Source: Candidatus Sysuiplasma acidicola
GTDB taxonomy: Archaea; Thermoplasmatota; Thermoplasmata; Sysuiplasmatales; Sysuiplasmataceae
Assembly: GCA_019721035.1 (NCBI GenBank)
Contig: JAHEAA010000002.1
Coordinates: 76,020 to 140,019, forward strand
Length of the DNA: 64,000 nucleotides
Direction of reading: 5' to 3'
Below are positions 1 to 10,081 of the stretch, one piece after another. Position 1 is the stretch's first letter; each line of letters begins with the position of its first letter. Below the pieces are notes generated by a model. The model was not told the origin of the DNA. It worked only from the letters and a program-made list of their open reading frames with translations, and did not search any database. Made by a program: the position numbers and the translations under genes.

Positions 1-826
1 CCTCTATCCTCTTGTCTTCCGAGCTGCTCTCGCCGATTCCAACGAAGGCGACGCCTCCCTCGTTCATCACAGTCATTATGTCTGCGTAATCCAGATTCAC
101 GAGACCGGGTCTTGTGACTATTTCCGTCAGTCCCTTAAGTGTCTGCATGAGCACTTCGTCTGCCACCTTGAAAGCGGCCTCAATCGGCAGCTTTGGCACA
201 AGATCCAGCAGTTTGTCGTTCGGTATCACGATGGTCGTGTCGCATATGCGCCTGAGTTTCTCGAGACCGGCCATCGCGTTTTCCATTCTCAATTCCCCTT
301 CAGCCTTGAACGGAAGAGTGACGACGCCTATTGTCAGAGCCTTCATCTCCTTGGCCAGGCGAGCGACATAGTGCGCGCTGCCAGTTCCGGTTCCGCCGCC
401 CATTCCGGCCGTTATGAAAACAATCTGACCACCCTGAAGGAAGGACCTGATGTCCGGATCTGCTTCCCTTGCAGCCTCCTCACCGACTTCGGGTATGGCA
501 CCGGCGCCAAGACCCTGTGTCAGTCTCTTCCCTATCAGTATCTTCCTCGGGGAGTGTACCGACAGCAGATGCTTTGCGTCAGTGTTGACGGCACACATCT
601 GCGCTCCCTGTATCTGGGAGTCGTGGCATCGCGTAATGGTGTTGGTTCCGCCGCCTCCGCATCCGATAATCTTTATGCATACGTCCAGAGCCGACGCGAT
701 TTTCGCCAGCTCTTCGTCATCCTTGCTCACAGGCTGCGCATTCGCATTTCCCTGCGCATACACAACCTTCTCAGTCGGAACGGAATACTCCGTTCCAAGC
801 GCATCCTTCACTAGAGAATTTGGCAT
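1..826 (-). CDS. ftsZ: Cell division GTPase FtsZ, N-terminal part (gene runs off the window start; start codon at 826..824)
   Basis: Manual reverse-strand translation from ATG at 826 gives MPNSLVKDAL...IIGCGGGGTNTI...NTDAKHL...FITAGMGGGTGTGSA...TLPFKAEG. It carries the tubulin/FtsZ GGGTGTG signature and the T7-loop region. The ORF is not in the supplied track because it is edge-truncated. The + strand ORFs 371..814 and 450..869 are its antisense shadows. Confidence 0.85.
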   Translation of the reverse strand, partial: MPNSLVKDALGTEYSVPTEKVVYAQGNANAQPVSKDDEELAKIASALDVCIKIIGCGGGGTNTITRCHDSQIQGAQMCAVNTDAKHLLSVHSPRKILIGKRLTQGLGAGAIPEVGEEAAREADPDIRSFLQGGQIVFITAGMGGGTGTGSAHYVARLAKEMKALTIGVVTLPFKAEGELRMENAMAGLEKLRRICDTTIVIPNDKLLDLVPKLPIEAAFKVADEVLMQTLKGLTEIVTRPGLVNLDYADIMTVMNEGGVAFVGIGESSSEDKRIE

Positions 827-962
827 AAGTGCATCCCTTGTTCCACCAGATAGCGTGCTGGAGTTATAAATTTTTCTGCACTGTCCAACCAAAATGACTA
901 ATCCGTACGCCAAATGTCAGACACAGACAAGGTGACAGGAGCGGCTTGCCTCTGCAGCTGAA

Positions 963-1709
963 TTGCGAAAGTTTAATCATGGCGGCCGGATAATCAGCGG
1001 AGTTGCTATGACATTCATAGATGTGAAAACGACAGGCTGGCACATGCAGCAGGAGAGCGCCGGCAGGGCGGTATGCCTCATTTCCGGAGGCATAGATTCC
1101 CCGGTAGCCGCATGGCTCACCATGAGGTCCGGCATCAGGCTTGACCTGGTCCATTTCCACAGTTATCCGTTTTCCTGCACTTCGGCCATACAGAAAGCCA
1201 AGGAACTATCTGGGAAGCTCCTTCCGCTTCAGGGAGGGGGAAAACTCCATCTTGTCCCATTCCTGGATTTGCAGGAAGCAGTATTCAGAAACACACCGAA
1301 CAGCCTGAGGATCGTCATCTACAGGAGGGCGATGGCCAGGATCGCAGAAAAAATTGCAAACAGACTGGGTGCTTCCTTTCTTGTCACAGGGGACAGCCTT
1401 GGTCAGGTGTCCTCTCAGACGCTGCAGAATCTCGCAACGGTGGATCAGGCCGTAAAGATGCCGATTTTGAGGCCGCTGATTGGCTTTGACAAGGCAGAAA
1501 TCATTTCGGCGGCGAAAGGCATAGACACATACGAAATATCGATAAGGCCGCACGAAGACTGCTGCACGCTCTTCTCGCTTGGCAATCCTGCCACGAGGAC
1601 AACGGCTGCAAGGGTCGAAATACAGGAGCAGAAAGTGGAGATGCGCGCATTAATAGACAGATGCGTGGAAGCTGTTGAAACGATTCCGATAGGGATTCGG
1701 GAGAACTGA
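963..1709 (+). CDS. thiI: ThiI-like tRNA sulfurtransferase, stand-alone PP-loop catalytic domain (no THUMP domain)
   Basis: It has the PP-loop SGGIDSPVAAW and aligns with the ThiI C-terminal domain (LHFHSYPF, LVTGDSLGQVSSQTL, ILRPLIGFDK, EISIRPHEDCCTLF with the CC catalytic cysteine). The N-terminus is uncertain; internal Met at 1008 or 1044 are alternatives. Confidence 0.8.
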   Translation: MRKFNHGGRIISGVAMTFIDVKTTGWHMQQESAGRAVCLISGGIDSPVAAWLTMRSGIRLDLVHFHSYPFSCTSAIQKAKELSGKLLPLQGGGKLHLVPFLDLQEAVFRNTPNSLRIVIYRRAMARIAEKIANRLGASFLVTGDSLGQVSSQTLQNLATVDQAVKMPILRPLIGFDKAEIISAAKGIDTYEISIRPHEDCCTLFSLGNPATRTTAARVEIQEQKVEMRALIDRCVEAVETIPIGIREN

Positions 1710-1712
1710 CAT

Positions 1713-2483
1713 ATGTGCGCCGCAGCGGTGGGCGCGAAGAATGCCCGCAGGACATGCGCTGTTGTGACGGGCGGCTCGCGCGGCATAGGCAGGGCAATTG
1801 CGCTTGAGCTTGCGGTAAAGGGCGTGAATGTATGCGTGTGCTTCAAGTCAGATGAAGCTGCCGCAGGCGACTCAGTCGCGCAGGCAGTGAAGACAGGTGT
1901 GGACGCATTTTATTTCAGAGCAGACGTGTCGAAAGAGACGGAAGTCCGCTCCCTGTTCTCGGCTGTGGAAGACAGATGGGGCGGTGCCGAGATACTTGTC
2001 AACAACGCAGGCATATATGAGCGATCTTCGTTCACTCAGATGGGATTTGCGGACTGGAAAAGAACAATCGAAAACGATCTCGACAGCATATACCTCTGCT
2101 GCAGCGCCGCTGTTCCGTACATGAAAAAGAACGGATTCGGAAGAATCATAAACATTTCGTCGCAGCTTGCACTGAAAGGCTCGAGGCATGGAGCGCACTA
2201 TGCAGCGGCAAAAGCCGGCATCCTCGGATTCACACGTTCTCTCGCAATCGAACTCGGCGGTGCGGGCATAACAGTAAATGCCGTTCTGCCCGGCTCGGTG
2301 AAAACGAGAATTCTCGGCAGATACAGCGAAGAGCAGCTTGAGGAAATGGCGCGCTCGATTCCGGCTGGAAGGATAGGGACGGCTGAGGATGTTGCGCACA
2401 CCGTCGCTTTTCTCGCTTCAAGGGAGGCGGACTACATCAACGGCGCATCAATCAACGTCTCCGGCGGACTCCTGATGTACTGA
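1713..2483 (+). CDS. SDR family NAD(P)-dependent oxidoreductase (FabG-like)
   Basis: TGGSRGIG Rossmann motif, NNAG, YAAAKAG (YxxxK), about 250 aa. Confidence 0.8.
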   Translation: MCAAAVGAKNARRTCAVVTGGSRGIGRAIALELAVKGVNVCVCFKSDEAAAGDSVAQAVKTGVDAFYFRADVSKETEVRSLFSAVEDRWGGAEILVNNAGIYERSSFTQMGFADWKRTIENDLDSIYLCCSAAVPYMKKNGFGRIINISSQLALKGSRHGAHYAAAKAGILGFTRSLAIELGGAGITVNAVLPGSVKTRILGRYSEEQLEEMARSIPAGRIGTAEDVAHTVAFLASREADYINGASINVSGGLLMY

Positions 2484-2486
2484 GCG

Positions 2487-4328
2487 CTAAACAGAGAAAT
2501 CCACGCGCCTGGAAAGGTCGGACGGCAGATAGAGCGGCTTTTTCGGGTAGCCCGCCGATTTCAGTTCCGCCTCCGCGCTCAATTCCTGCAGTGTCATCTG
2601 TCTGCTAGAGTCTGTCTCGCGATCATACACGTTCAGCACCTGAGATGAAAGTTCCTTATCTCCGATCACGATGACATAGCTTACCCAGTCCTGCTTTGCC
2701 TCTCTCACCTTCTTTGAGATGGTTAGCTCCCTGTCATCGATTCCCGTCCTGAAGCCCAGTGCGCTGAGCATGCCCGATATTTCCCTGCACTTCTGAATAT
2801 GGTTTGAAGACATCGGCAGCAGCCTGAACTGTTCCGGTGAAAACCAGAATGGGAGGAAGCCGGGCTTTCCGCTCATGGAAGCCCTGCGCAGCGCCTGATC
2901 AAAAACAGTGTACATGAAGCGCTCGATAGTGCCAACTATGGCCGTGTGCAGTATGATGGGGTAATTCTTTTTCCCTCCGGCATCGGCAAATGTGATGTTG
3001 AATCGTTTCGCGTTGCCTGTGTCAATCTGCACTGTGCCTATCTCCCTGGCCCTGCCCATCATGTCAAGCACGTGATACTCAATATTGACAGTCCAGTAGA
3101 AATTGGCACCCTCCGGATAGACGTGTATGAGACAATCCCTGCCCTTTTCCTTCAGCAGCGAAAGAATGAATTCCCTGTTCGATTCGAATGCCTGCATGGA
3201 CGATACATTCACGAGCATCTCGTAGTCCGCTCCGAGTTTGCCGACCTCGGCATATATCTCGTTGTGTATCTTCCTGAACCAGAAATATGCCTCATCTGTA
3301 TCCCTGCACAGCACATGCAGATCCGGCATATTGAGCCTCCTCAGCCTGAACAGAAGCATTGTTTCGCCGGACTGCTCGTATCTGTATGCATCCGCGATTT
3401 CGAATGCGGCTACAGGCATCTGTTTGTAACTTATGTTCCAGCCGCTCATCATCGAAAACTGCTGATGACATGCCGCATATCTCAGCACGTATCGTTTATT
3501 GTCCGATTCCAGTGAATAGAGGCGATCGCCGAAGAGTTCTGCATGTTCCCTGACTGCCGGCTCGTCAAGATTGAACATGTTAGTGCCCTTGACCGAAAAA
3601 ACGGAGAGACCGAACCCTGTCACAACCTGTCTGGCATAGTCTGAGCTCAGATCGAACATGAGCGCAGCATTTGGATGATAAACTTCATGCCCGACATCGC
3701 TCATCCGTTCCCATTCTATGCCGAACTTTTTGCAGAGTTTCAGGTATCCGGGGGCATCGCTGCTGCCCACCTGCTCCCTGAGCGCCTCCTTCCTGAGCAT
3801 TGCCATGAAACATTCGCTTCCAGAGGAGTACTCTCCGGGTTTGACGACCTCTCCTTCCTTTGTGAAAACAAAATATCTGTCTTCGCCTTTCTCCTTTGTC
3901 TCCTGAACATTGACCGTGACTGTCCTGGAGAGTTCTGAAAGCGGATGCCCCTTGCATGATACGGTGAACGACTTGTACCATCCGAATGGTGCCCTTTTCG
4001 TTTCGAATTTTCCGCTCACAGCGGTCTCGAGAGCCTTGAGAATCTTAAGAGCATCCGATGGTGATCCGAGTGAGGACGAAAGATGCGCGTACGGGTATAT
4101 CAGGAGCCTTGTGGCCTTCACCATCGTGGCAACTTCTGCAACATCTGCAGCAGCACTGCGTATGAGTGCCTCACCCTTGGACGCGTCATCCTTTTCCACG
4201 GACGTGAAACAGACAAGAACGTCATCTACCGAGAAATGTTTTTCATCCTCGCCTATGTCCTCTGCAGCCTTGGTTTTGCTCTTTGCTTCATAGCTCATCC
4301 GGTCCGCGTGAATGAAGAGGAGTTTCAA
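2487..4328 (-). CDS. thrS: Threonyl-tRNA synthetase, archaeal type with N-terminal editing domain
   Basis: The homology-consistent start is TTG at 4328 (LKLLFIHADRMSYEAK, the typical archaeal ThrRS-ed N-terminus). The supplied ORF extends to 4445 with 39 low-complexity N-terminal codons. The class II catalytic core and anticodon-binding domain are present (FRLRRLNMPD, GTVQIDTG...). Confidence 0.9.
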   Translation of the reverse strand: MKLLFIHADRMSYEAKSKTKAAEDIGEDEKHFSVDDVLVCFTSVEKDDASKGEALIRSAAADVAEVATMVKATRLLIYPYAHLSSSLGSPSDALKILKALETAVSGKFETKRAPFGWYKSFTVSCKGHPLSELSRTVTVNVQETKEKGEDRYFVFTKEGEVVKPGEYSSGSECFMAMLRKEALREQVGSSDAPGYLKLCKKFGIEWERMSDVGHEVYHPNAALMFDLSSDYARQVVTGFGLSVFSVKGTNMFNLDEPAVREHAELFGDRLYSLESDNKRYVLRYAACHQQFSMMSGWNISYKQMPVAAFEIADAYRYEQSGETMLLFRLRRLNMPDLHVLCRDTDEAYFWFRKIHNEIYAEVGKLGADYEMLVNVSSMQAFESNREFILSLLKEKGRDCLIHVYPEGANFYWTVNIEYHVLDMMGRAREIGTVQIDTGNAKRFNITFADAGGKKNYPIILHTAIVGTIERFMYTVFDQALRRASMSGKPGFLPFWFSPEQFRLLPMSSNHIQKCREISGMLSALGFRTGIDDRELTISKKVREAKQDWVSYVIVIGDKELSSQVLNVYDRETDSSRQMTLQELSAEAELKSAGYPKKPLYLPSDLSRRVDFSV

Positions 4329-4569
4329 TGCGTTCAACCCTTGGCACGCTAGGCACCGTCTGATTAAATGCCTTTGCTTTGACGTGAGCTCCGAAGCAGG
4401 TCCGACAGTGACTGTCTGAGCTGCCGGCAGGACAGGTGCAAACATTGCACGGTGCTTCGAGAAAGGAAGACTGAAGTCAAAGACAATGTCTCAATCGAGT
4501 TCACACCCTGTAAGTGCGCCGGAATAGTACAGAGACGCCTGAGGCATCAGAAATCATAAGGAAAAAATC

Positions 4570-5517
4570 TCAGAGCTCTGTGTTGAGCGAGAGAGTGCCC
4601 GTGATATCTTTGAACCTGTTTCTGAGCGTCACTTCCGTGACGCCGGAAATATTTGCTATCTCCTCCTGCGTCCTCTTCTTTCCGCACAGGATGGCTGCGA
4701 TGTAGATGGCTGCCGCTGCTATGCCGGTTGGTCCCTTGCCCACGTTTGAAGAGCCGTCATTCAAACTCTTCAGTATTTCCATCGCCTTTGTTTCAACGTC
4801 GTTTCCCAGATTGAGTTCACTGCAGAATCTCGATATGTAATCTTCAGGCGTAGTAGGGAGAAGCGAAATCCTGAGTTCACGCACAAGGGTACGGTAATTC
4901 CTGCCTATTTCCTTCCTTCCGACCCTGCTTGCCCTCGCAACTTCCTCTATTGCCCGCGGGAAGCCAAGCTGCCTTGATGCCGCATATATCGAGGCGGAAA
5001 CTACACCTTCGATGCTCCTTCCCCTTATGAGATCCCTGGAAGCGGCCTTCCTGTAAATCACGGCCGCCTCTTCCCTGGCATTCTTCGGAAGCCCCATATT
5101 CGAGCTGATCCTTTCTATTGAGGCCAGCGCAACCATGAGGTTCCTCTCAACAGCGTTTGCCGCTCTGAGTCTCTTCTGCCACTTTCTCATCCTGTAAAGC
5201 TGCGGCTTGTTTCTTGCAGGGATGCTCTTGCCGTAAATGTCGACATTCTTCCACGATATTTCGGTGGAAAGTCCCTTGTCATGAACAGTGAACGTGGCGG
5301 GAGCTCCGGTCCTCGCCCGCTTCTCATTCTGTTCGGTATCGAAACCACGCCATTCCTGACCATGATCGATAATATTCTCGCTTATCACGAGTCCACAATC
5401 GGCGCATACTAGTTCGCCGCGCTCATAATCTTCCTCTAGGTGCGAACTGTTGCACTCCGGACAGAATTCGACGTCATCTACCTCAACCTTCTCCCTTGTC
5501 TTGCTAAATGCGGTCAT
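4570..5517 (-). CDS. tfb: Transcription initiation factor IIB (TFB)
   Basis: N-terminal Zn ribbon CPECNSSHLEEDYERGELVCADCG, B-finger/linker and two cyclin-fold repeats; about 315 aa, typical TFB. Confidence 0.95.
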   Translation of the reverse strand: MTAFSKTREKVEVDDVEFCPECNSSHLEEDYERGELVCADCGLVISENIIDHGQEWRGFDTEQNEKRARTGAPATFTVHDKGLSTEISWKNVDIYGKSIPARNKPQLYRMRKWQKRLRAANAVERNLMVALASIERISSNMGLPKNAREEAAVIYRKAASRDLIRGRSIEGVVSASIYAASRQLGFPRAIEEVARASRVGRKEIGRNYRTLVRELRISLLPTTPEDYISRFCSELNLGNDVETKAMEILKSLNDGSSNVGKGPTGIAAAAIYIAAILCGKKRTQEEIANISGVTEVTLRNRFKDITGTLSLNTEL

Positions 5518-5906
5518 TAAATCACACTCCGTTCAGGCAGTGTACGGTGGGAATGCGAACCGCCACATAGGGAACTGTTCTCCCGGAGACCAGCCTGCAC
5601 AAGGAATCGGAAGAACATTTCTGTATTTCCAGCCACCATATTCTGTCTTTTTTTTTCTCCGTCTTGTTCTACGTCATGTATCCTATTTAATAGTTTTGAA
5701 CTTATTAAGATACTTAAAGTTTACAAATATTACAAATATCCTCACTTCAAAACATATAAAGATACTAACAGACGGCAAAACATGAATGCATGCATCTGCC
5801 ATGACATCTCCCGCGATTGAGGCTGCTGACGTGCTGGGGGCGTCTAGCGTCGATGCGTGACAGGATGAACAAAATCTGCATTTCTGTGGATTCCGATCGC
5901 CTTTCA

Positions 5907-5915
5907 TTTAAATAA
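5907..5915 (+). promoter_or_regulatory. TATA-like box (TTTAAATAA) about 26 bp upstream of the thpR ATG; leaderless-type promoter
   Basis: An A/T octamer in an otherwise GC-neutral context at the canonical archaeal -26 distance from ATG 5939. Confidence 0.35.
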
Positions 5916-5938
5916 GCCTGCAGCGTGATCTGTCTGGC

Positions 5939-6490
5939 ATGCGCGAATTCATCTGCATCGATATCACAGACTTTTCCTGTTTTGAAGAGCTCTGCTCCAG
6001 CAGGCTCTTCAGGGACGCATGTATAAGGGCGGTGCAGGCAGCGGGACTTCACTTCACGCTGCATTTCCTCGGTGAGGTGAATGAAGAAATGAACACCGAA
6101 ATATCCGGGCTCTTGGAGGATGTTGTTTCCCGCCACAGGAGATTTTCGGTCGCATTCGGCGGAACTGGAGCGTTCCCGACCGTGCAGAGGCCCGAAGTCA
6201 TCTGGGCAGGCATTACGGCCGGAGAAGAACTGGGAATAATTCACCGTGAAATAGGGAAGGGTCTTGATGCGCTTGGCATACCGATTGAGCACAGAAGATA
6301 CAAGCCGCATGTCACGCTCGCACGTCTCAGATGCAGACCGGATGCCGCTTCCCTGGAAGACTTCTTCAGCACGTGGGGTGACAGGCGCATTGGAGAGCAG
6401 GAGATAAGGTCAATCAAACTGAAGCAGAGCGTACTTTCACAAACCGGCGCACTGCACCGGACGATTCATGATGCTTATCTCGGCCAGTAG
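5939..6490 (+). CDS. thpR: RNA 2',3'-cyclic phosphodiesterase / 2'-5' RNA ligase (ThpR/LigT, 2H phosphoesterase)
   Basis: Two H-x-T/S-x motifs (HFTLHFLG and HVTLARL), about 183 aa. Confidence 0.8.
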   Translation: MREFICIDITDFSCFEELCSSRLFRDACIRAVQAAGLHFTLHFLGEVNEEMNTEISGLLEDVVSRHRRFSVAFGGTGAFPTVQRPEVIWAGITAGEELGIIHREIGKGLDALGIPIEHRRYKPHVTLARLRCRPDAASLEDFFSTWGDRRIGEQEIRSIKLKQSVLSQTGALHRTIHDAYLGQ

Positions 6491-6493
6491 CTG

Positions 6494-6862
6494 TCAGGCT
6501 CTCTGATGAGCAAAGTGGTCCCACTCAACGGTGTTCTTTATCCCTTTCTTCTGAAGAAGCTTGCTTATGCGCTCAGATATCCTTACCACTTCGGTACTTG
6601 CGGAATTCCCTGAGATGTACAGTTCCTTGCAGTCTATCGGAAAGATAAGCCTCATTCTGCCCTTGCGGTTATATCCTTCCGGTTTCCTGTTCATCTTCAG
6701 GTCCATCATATTGAGTTCGATGAACATGTTGAGAATCTCCTTCTCCTCGGGCATCTGATCTGTCTCCTGGAGGAAAACAGTCAGCAGTTCGGGAAAGACA
6801 TCCTTCAGCTGTTTGTACCTGAAACTTGGAGTGAACCTTATGTGACCGGTTTCTGCCTTCAC
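6494..6862 (-). CDS. Hypothetical protein (122 aa)
   Basis: Clean ORF with typical coding composition, convergent with thpR. No motif that I recognise. Confidence 0.4.
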   Translation of the reverse strand: MKAETGHIRFTPSFRYKQLKDVFPELLTVFLQETDQMPEEKEILNMFIELNMMDLKMNRKPEGYNRKGRMRLIFPIDCKELYISGNSASTEVVRISERISKLLQKKGIKNTVEWDHFAHQRA

Positions 6863-7267
6863 GCTGCCCTCTAAGAGTGCTGTTCTTTTAATCTCTTCGG
6901 ATGGAATGTCCCCACCAGCAGTGTATTAAGACATATTTAAGCAGACATTATAGCACGTTAAATCATACCATGCTATCAGTTTTGACCCGCACTGTACACA
7001 CGTCTGGCATGTGATTATGCCGTGCCCGGCCAGAGCTCACAGGCATACTGAAATTGGATCGATAGGTTAAAATACTCACCCTCAAATCGTTTCAGGGGTC
7101 GGCACGGCGCTAATACGGTCGATCCGATAGAGTCAGAGCGGAGAAAAGGAATGCAGACAATCCTGGAAATAAAAATCCTTCAGAACTGAATAGCGAGAGG
7201 GGAAAATGTCAAAGTATCAAGGCAGTCCATACCTCTGTGAAACTGTTTGTCGCGGGGTGTTCATCCG

Positions 7268-8425
7268 ATGAAGATAGCGATGTTCACTGATTCGTATTAT
7301 CCCGCAGTCGACGGTGTTGTAAACTCTGTATCTACCATATCCAGGGAGCTTGAGAGGATAGGGCACGAAGTGTTCATCTTTGCACCCGAGCCGACAAACG
7401 GCGAAGTGATCAACGACATAACGAAGGGCGGAACCTTCTTCTTCAAATCAATGAAATTCAGGCACTATCCGCAGTACAGGACGGCCTTCCTTCCTTCAAA
7501 CAAGACAAAGGTTCTTGACCGGCTTGGAATTGACCTGATACACACCCACGGCATAACGACCGTAGGCCTTAAGGGTCTCAGTGCATCGAGAAAATTCGAT
7601 GTGCCGGTGGCAACCACTTATCATACAATGGTGCATGAGGCAATGAATTATTACAAGCCTATCCCGCTTCCCACCAGCATCATAGTAAATCTTGCAGTGC
7701 GGTACATGCGTTTCTTCCTAAGCAGATCAGATGTTGTCGTTGTGCCCACAAAACCCATACTGGAGGAGCTTGTCAGAATTGCACCGCGCATGCCCTATGC
7801 AGCCGTGATACCCACAGGCATAGATACGAAGCGTTTCAGCCCCCAGGGCAGGGGCGATGCAGTGAGAGAAAAGTACGGCATCGGAGATGCACCCCTTCTG
7901 CTCTACGTCGGCAGAGTCGCCTTTGAAAAGAGCATAGACAGGATCATCATGCAGATGCCTCTGCTGAAGGACAGGTCAACCAAACTCATGATAGCCGGGG
8001 ATGGGCCGGCAAGAAGCCGCCTCGAACAACTGGTTTCGTCGCTGAAGCTTAATGACAGGGTGATTTTCACCGGATTCATACCTGATGCCGAACTGCCTGA
8101 CTATTACAAGGCGGCCGATGTTTTTGTGTCCGCTTCCAAATTTGAAACTCAGGGCATAACGATGCTCGAGGCAATGGCGTGCGGCAAACCGGTGGTGAGC
8201 ATCAACTACAGGGCAGTAACCGATTTCGTGGTCAGCGGTGAGAATGGCTTCCTGTATGACGAGTACTCCGAGAACATCGCGGGCACTATAGAGAGGGCCA
8301 TGAATGCAGAAGCGCGTGTAAAGAAGAATGCCAGGAGAACGGCGGAGAAATATTCAAAGGAAAACTGTGCCAGGACACTGAGCGAACTTTATACGAGAAC
8401 GCTCAACATACACCTTAGCAGGTAG
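7268..8425 (+). CDS. Glycosyltransferase family 4 (GT-B fold)
   Basis: N-terminal MKIAMFTDSYYPAVDGV and C-terminal GT1/GT4 core (FVSASKFETQGITMLEAMACGKPVV, E-x7-E). The supplied ORF starts 21 nt earlier at 7247. Confidence 0.85.
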   Translation: MKIAMFTDSYYPAVDGVVNSVSTISRELERIGHEVFIFAPEPTNGEVINDITKGGTFFFKSMKFRHYPQYRTAFLPSNKTKVLDRLGIDLIHTHGITTVGLKGLSASRKFDVPVATTYHTMVHEAMNYYKPIPLPTSIIVNLAVRYMRFFLSRSDVVVVPTKPILEELVRIAPRMPYAAVIPTGIDTKRFSPQGRGDAVREKYGIGDAPLLLYVGRVAFEKSIDRIIMQMPLLKDRSTKLMIAGDGPARSRLEQLVSSLKLNDRVIFTGFIPDAELPDYYKAADVFVSASKFETQGITMLEAMACGKPVVSINYRAVTDFVVSGENGFLYDEYSENIAGTIERAMNAEARVKKNARRTAEKYSKENCARTLSELYTRTLNIHLSR

Positions 8426-8430
8426 TATGG

Positions 8431-9021
8431 ATGATCACTGTCGGCCAGTTTGTTTACGCACTGTTCAGGCCATACGGTGAAAGCGGACTCATATTAGCGC
8501 TGTTCATAATTTTCTTTCTGGATGCTACCTTCTTCCCTACGCTTCCCGAACTGTTTACGGTTGTCATATTCCTAGCCATGCCTACGTCCTCCTTTGCGTT
8601 GCTCATGCTGGCTACGATCAGTGTCGCGGAATTCTCAGGCATAAACAGCCTGTATTACATCGTGAAGCACCATGATCTGCCGCTGTGGATCAAGAGCAAA
8701 ATGATCTCTTATTCAAGGTTCTTCATCGTGAAGGACGAGAAGATAATACTGTTGAACAGGGTTGCGCCTGTGATACCTTTTCTTGGAGCGTTCATAGCAA
8801 CATGCGAGTGGCGCTACGGCCGGAGCATAGCTTACAATTTCATAGGAGGCATCGCAAAGTATGCGCTGATAATACTACTCGCGTCTTTTCTTCTCAGCGT
8901 CTTTTCCAACCAGTTCGAAGCCGAAGTCATAACCATAGTTGCCGTCGGTTTGCTCATAGGCTTCAGCGCATATCTCTCGAACAGGGAAAAGAGAAGACTG
9001 GGCATGGGAGCTGAGAGCTGA
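8431..9021 (+). CDS. DedA/VTT-family-like integral membrane protein
   Basis: Multi-TM 196-aa protein sandwiched between two GT4 genes with 5 and 1 bp spacers. Its topology and size resemble DedA/SNARE-associated proteins. Confidence 0.55.
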   Translation: MITVGQFVYALFRPYGESGLILALFIIFFLDATFFPTLPELFTVVIFLAMPTSSFALLMLATISVAEFSGINSLYYIVKHHDLPLWIKSKMISYSRFFIVKDEKIILLNRVAPVIPFLGAFIATCEWRYGRSIAYNFIGGIAKYALIILLASFLLSVFSNQFEAEVITIVAVGLLIGFSAYLSNREKRRLGMGAES

Positions 9022-9022
9022 T

Positions 9023-10081
9023 TTGAGAATTGTCGAGCTGAATCCGTTCTACCTGCCGTATGACGGTGGAATTGAGAAGAGGATAGCGGCGATAACCTCC
9101 AGGCTCTCCGGAAAGCACGAGATGTTTGTGGTGACATCCAGACTGCCGGGAACGCCGGAACGGGAGAATATCAGAGGGGCGACAGTCATAAGACTTCCGA
9201 GCAGCTACAGAGGAACATACAATCCACCCATGGTAAAGAGCACCGGAGTAACGGACACGCTCAGGATGCTCAATGCGGACGTGGTGGATTATCATTACCG
9301 CTGGGCGCATACATACAACAGCGCTTTCTTCCGGTATGACGGAAACAGGATTGTCACGTTTCACAATCAGTACGGGGAAGGCACCGGCCTGCTGGCAGTA
9401 GCCAGCAGACTGAACGACTTTTTCTACCTCCGCCGCATGAGAGGATTGAGGGTGATGGCCATATCCGATTTTGTGCGTTCCCAGCTGCTAAAGAAAGGCA
9501 TAGAGCCGCACATGGTAAGGACTGTTGTAAACGGCATTGACATACATGAGCACGTGACAGCAGACGACGGTTTCGCTCTTTTCATAGGCAGACTGGTGCC
9601 GACCAAGGGAGTAGCACACCTGGTGGATGCCGCTGTCCGGACAGGAATTTCGCTGAAAGTTGCAGGCACTGGACCGATGTTTGAAATGCTGAGAAAGAGG
9701 GCAGCCGGGAGCTCGGTTGAACTCCTGGGCAGGATTGACGAAGAGCAGAAGGAGAGGCTGCTCTCGAGATGTTCATTCTTCGTAATGCCCTCTCTGCAGG
9801 AATCATTCGGCATAGCATTACTTGAGGCCATGGAGCACGGAAAGGCCGTGATTGCTTCCAGCGCCGGAGGCCTCGCCTCGGTTGCCGGAAATGCAGGCAT
9901 CATCGTCCCGCCTGGAGACAGCGCCGCAATAGCTGGAGCAATGAAACAGCTGTGGGAGGACGCAGAACTCAGGAAGAAACTCGGTGAGAATGCGGTGAAG
10001 AGGGCCAAGGCCTATTCATGGGACAACATAGTTACGGAGATAGAATCGGTCTACAGCTCTCTCTGTGATACCGGAGCATAG
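9023..10081 (+). CDS. Glycosyltransferase family 4
   Basis: MRIVELNPFY...; GT4 C-terminal motif FVMPSLQESFGIALLEAMEHGKAVIAS. Confidence 0.85.
   Translation: MRIVELNPFYLPYDGGIEKRIAAITSRLSGKHEMFVVTSRLPGTPERENIRGATVIRLPSSYRGTYNPPMVKSTGVTDTLRMLNADVVDYHYRWAHTYNSAFFRYDGNRIVTFHNQYGEGTGLLAVASRLNDFFYLRRMRGLRVMAISDFVRSQLLKKGIEPHMVRTVVNGIDIHEHVTADDGFALFIGRLVPTKGVAHLVDAAVRTGISLKVAGTGPMFEMLRKRAAGSSVELLGRIDEEQKERLLSRCSFFVMPSLQESFGIALLEAMEHGKAVIASSAGGLASVAGNAGIIVPPGDSAAIAGAMKQLWEDAELRKKLGENAVKRAKAYSWDNIVTEIESVYSSLCDTGA

Noticed and set aside
371-869. Two + strand ORFs (147 aa and 139 aa) at the window start
   Set aside because: They are antisense to a clear FtsZ coding sequence on the - strand (GGGTGTG tubulin signature) and have low-complexity composition.
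2946-3515. Numerous 60 to 200 aa ORFs nested antisense or out of frame within large homolog-supported genes, such as 2946..3515, 9424..10008, 26033..26578, 33975..34595, 48714..49661 and 56179..56826
   Set aside because: Each overlaps a gene with strong family-level motif evidence on the other strand or frame. None carries recognisable motifs.
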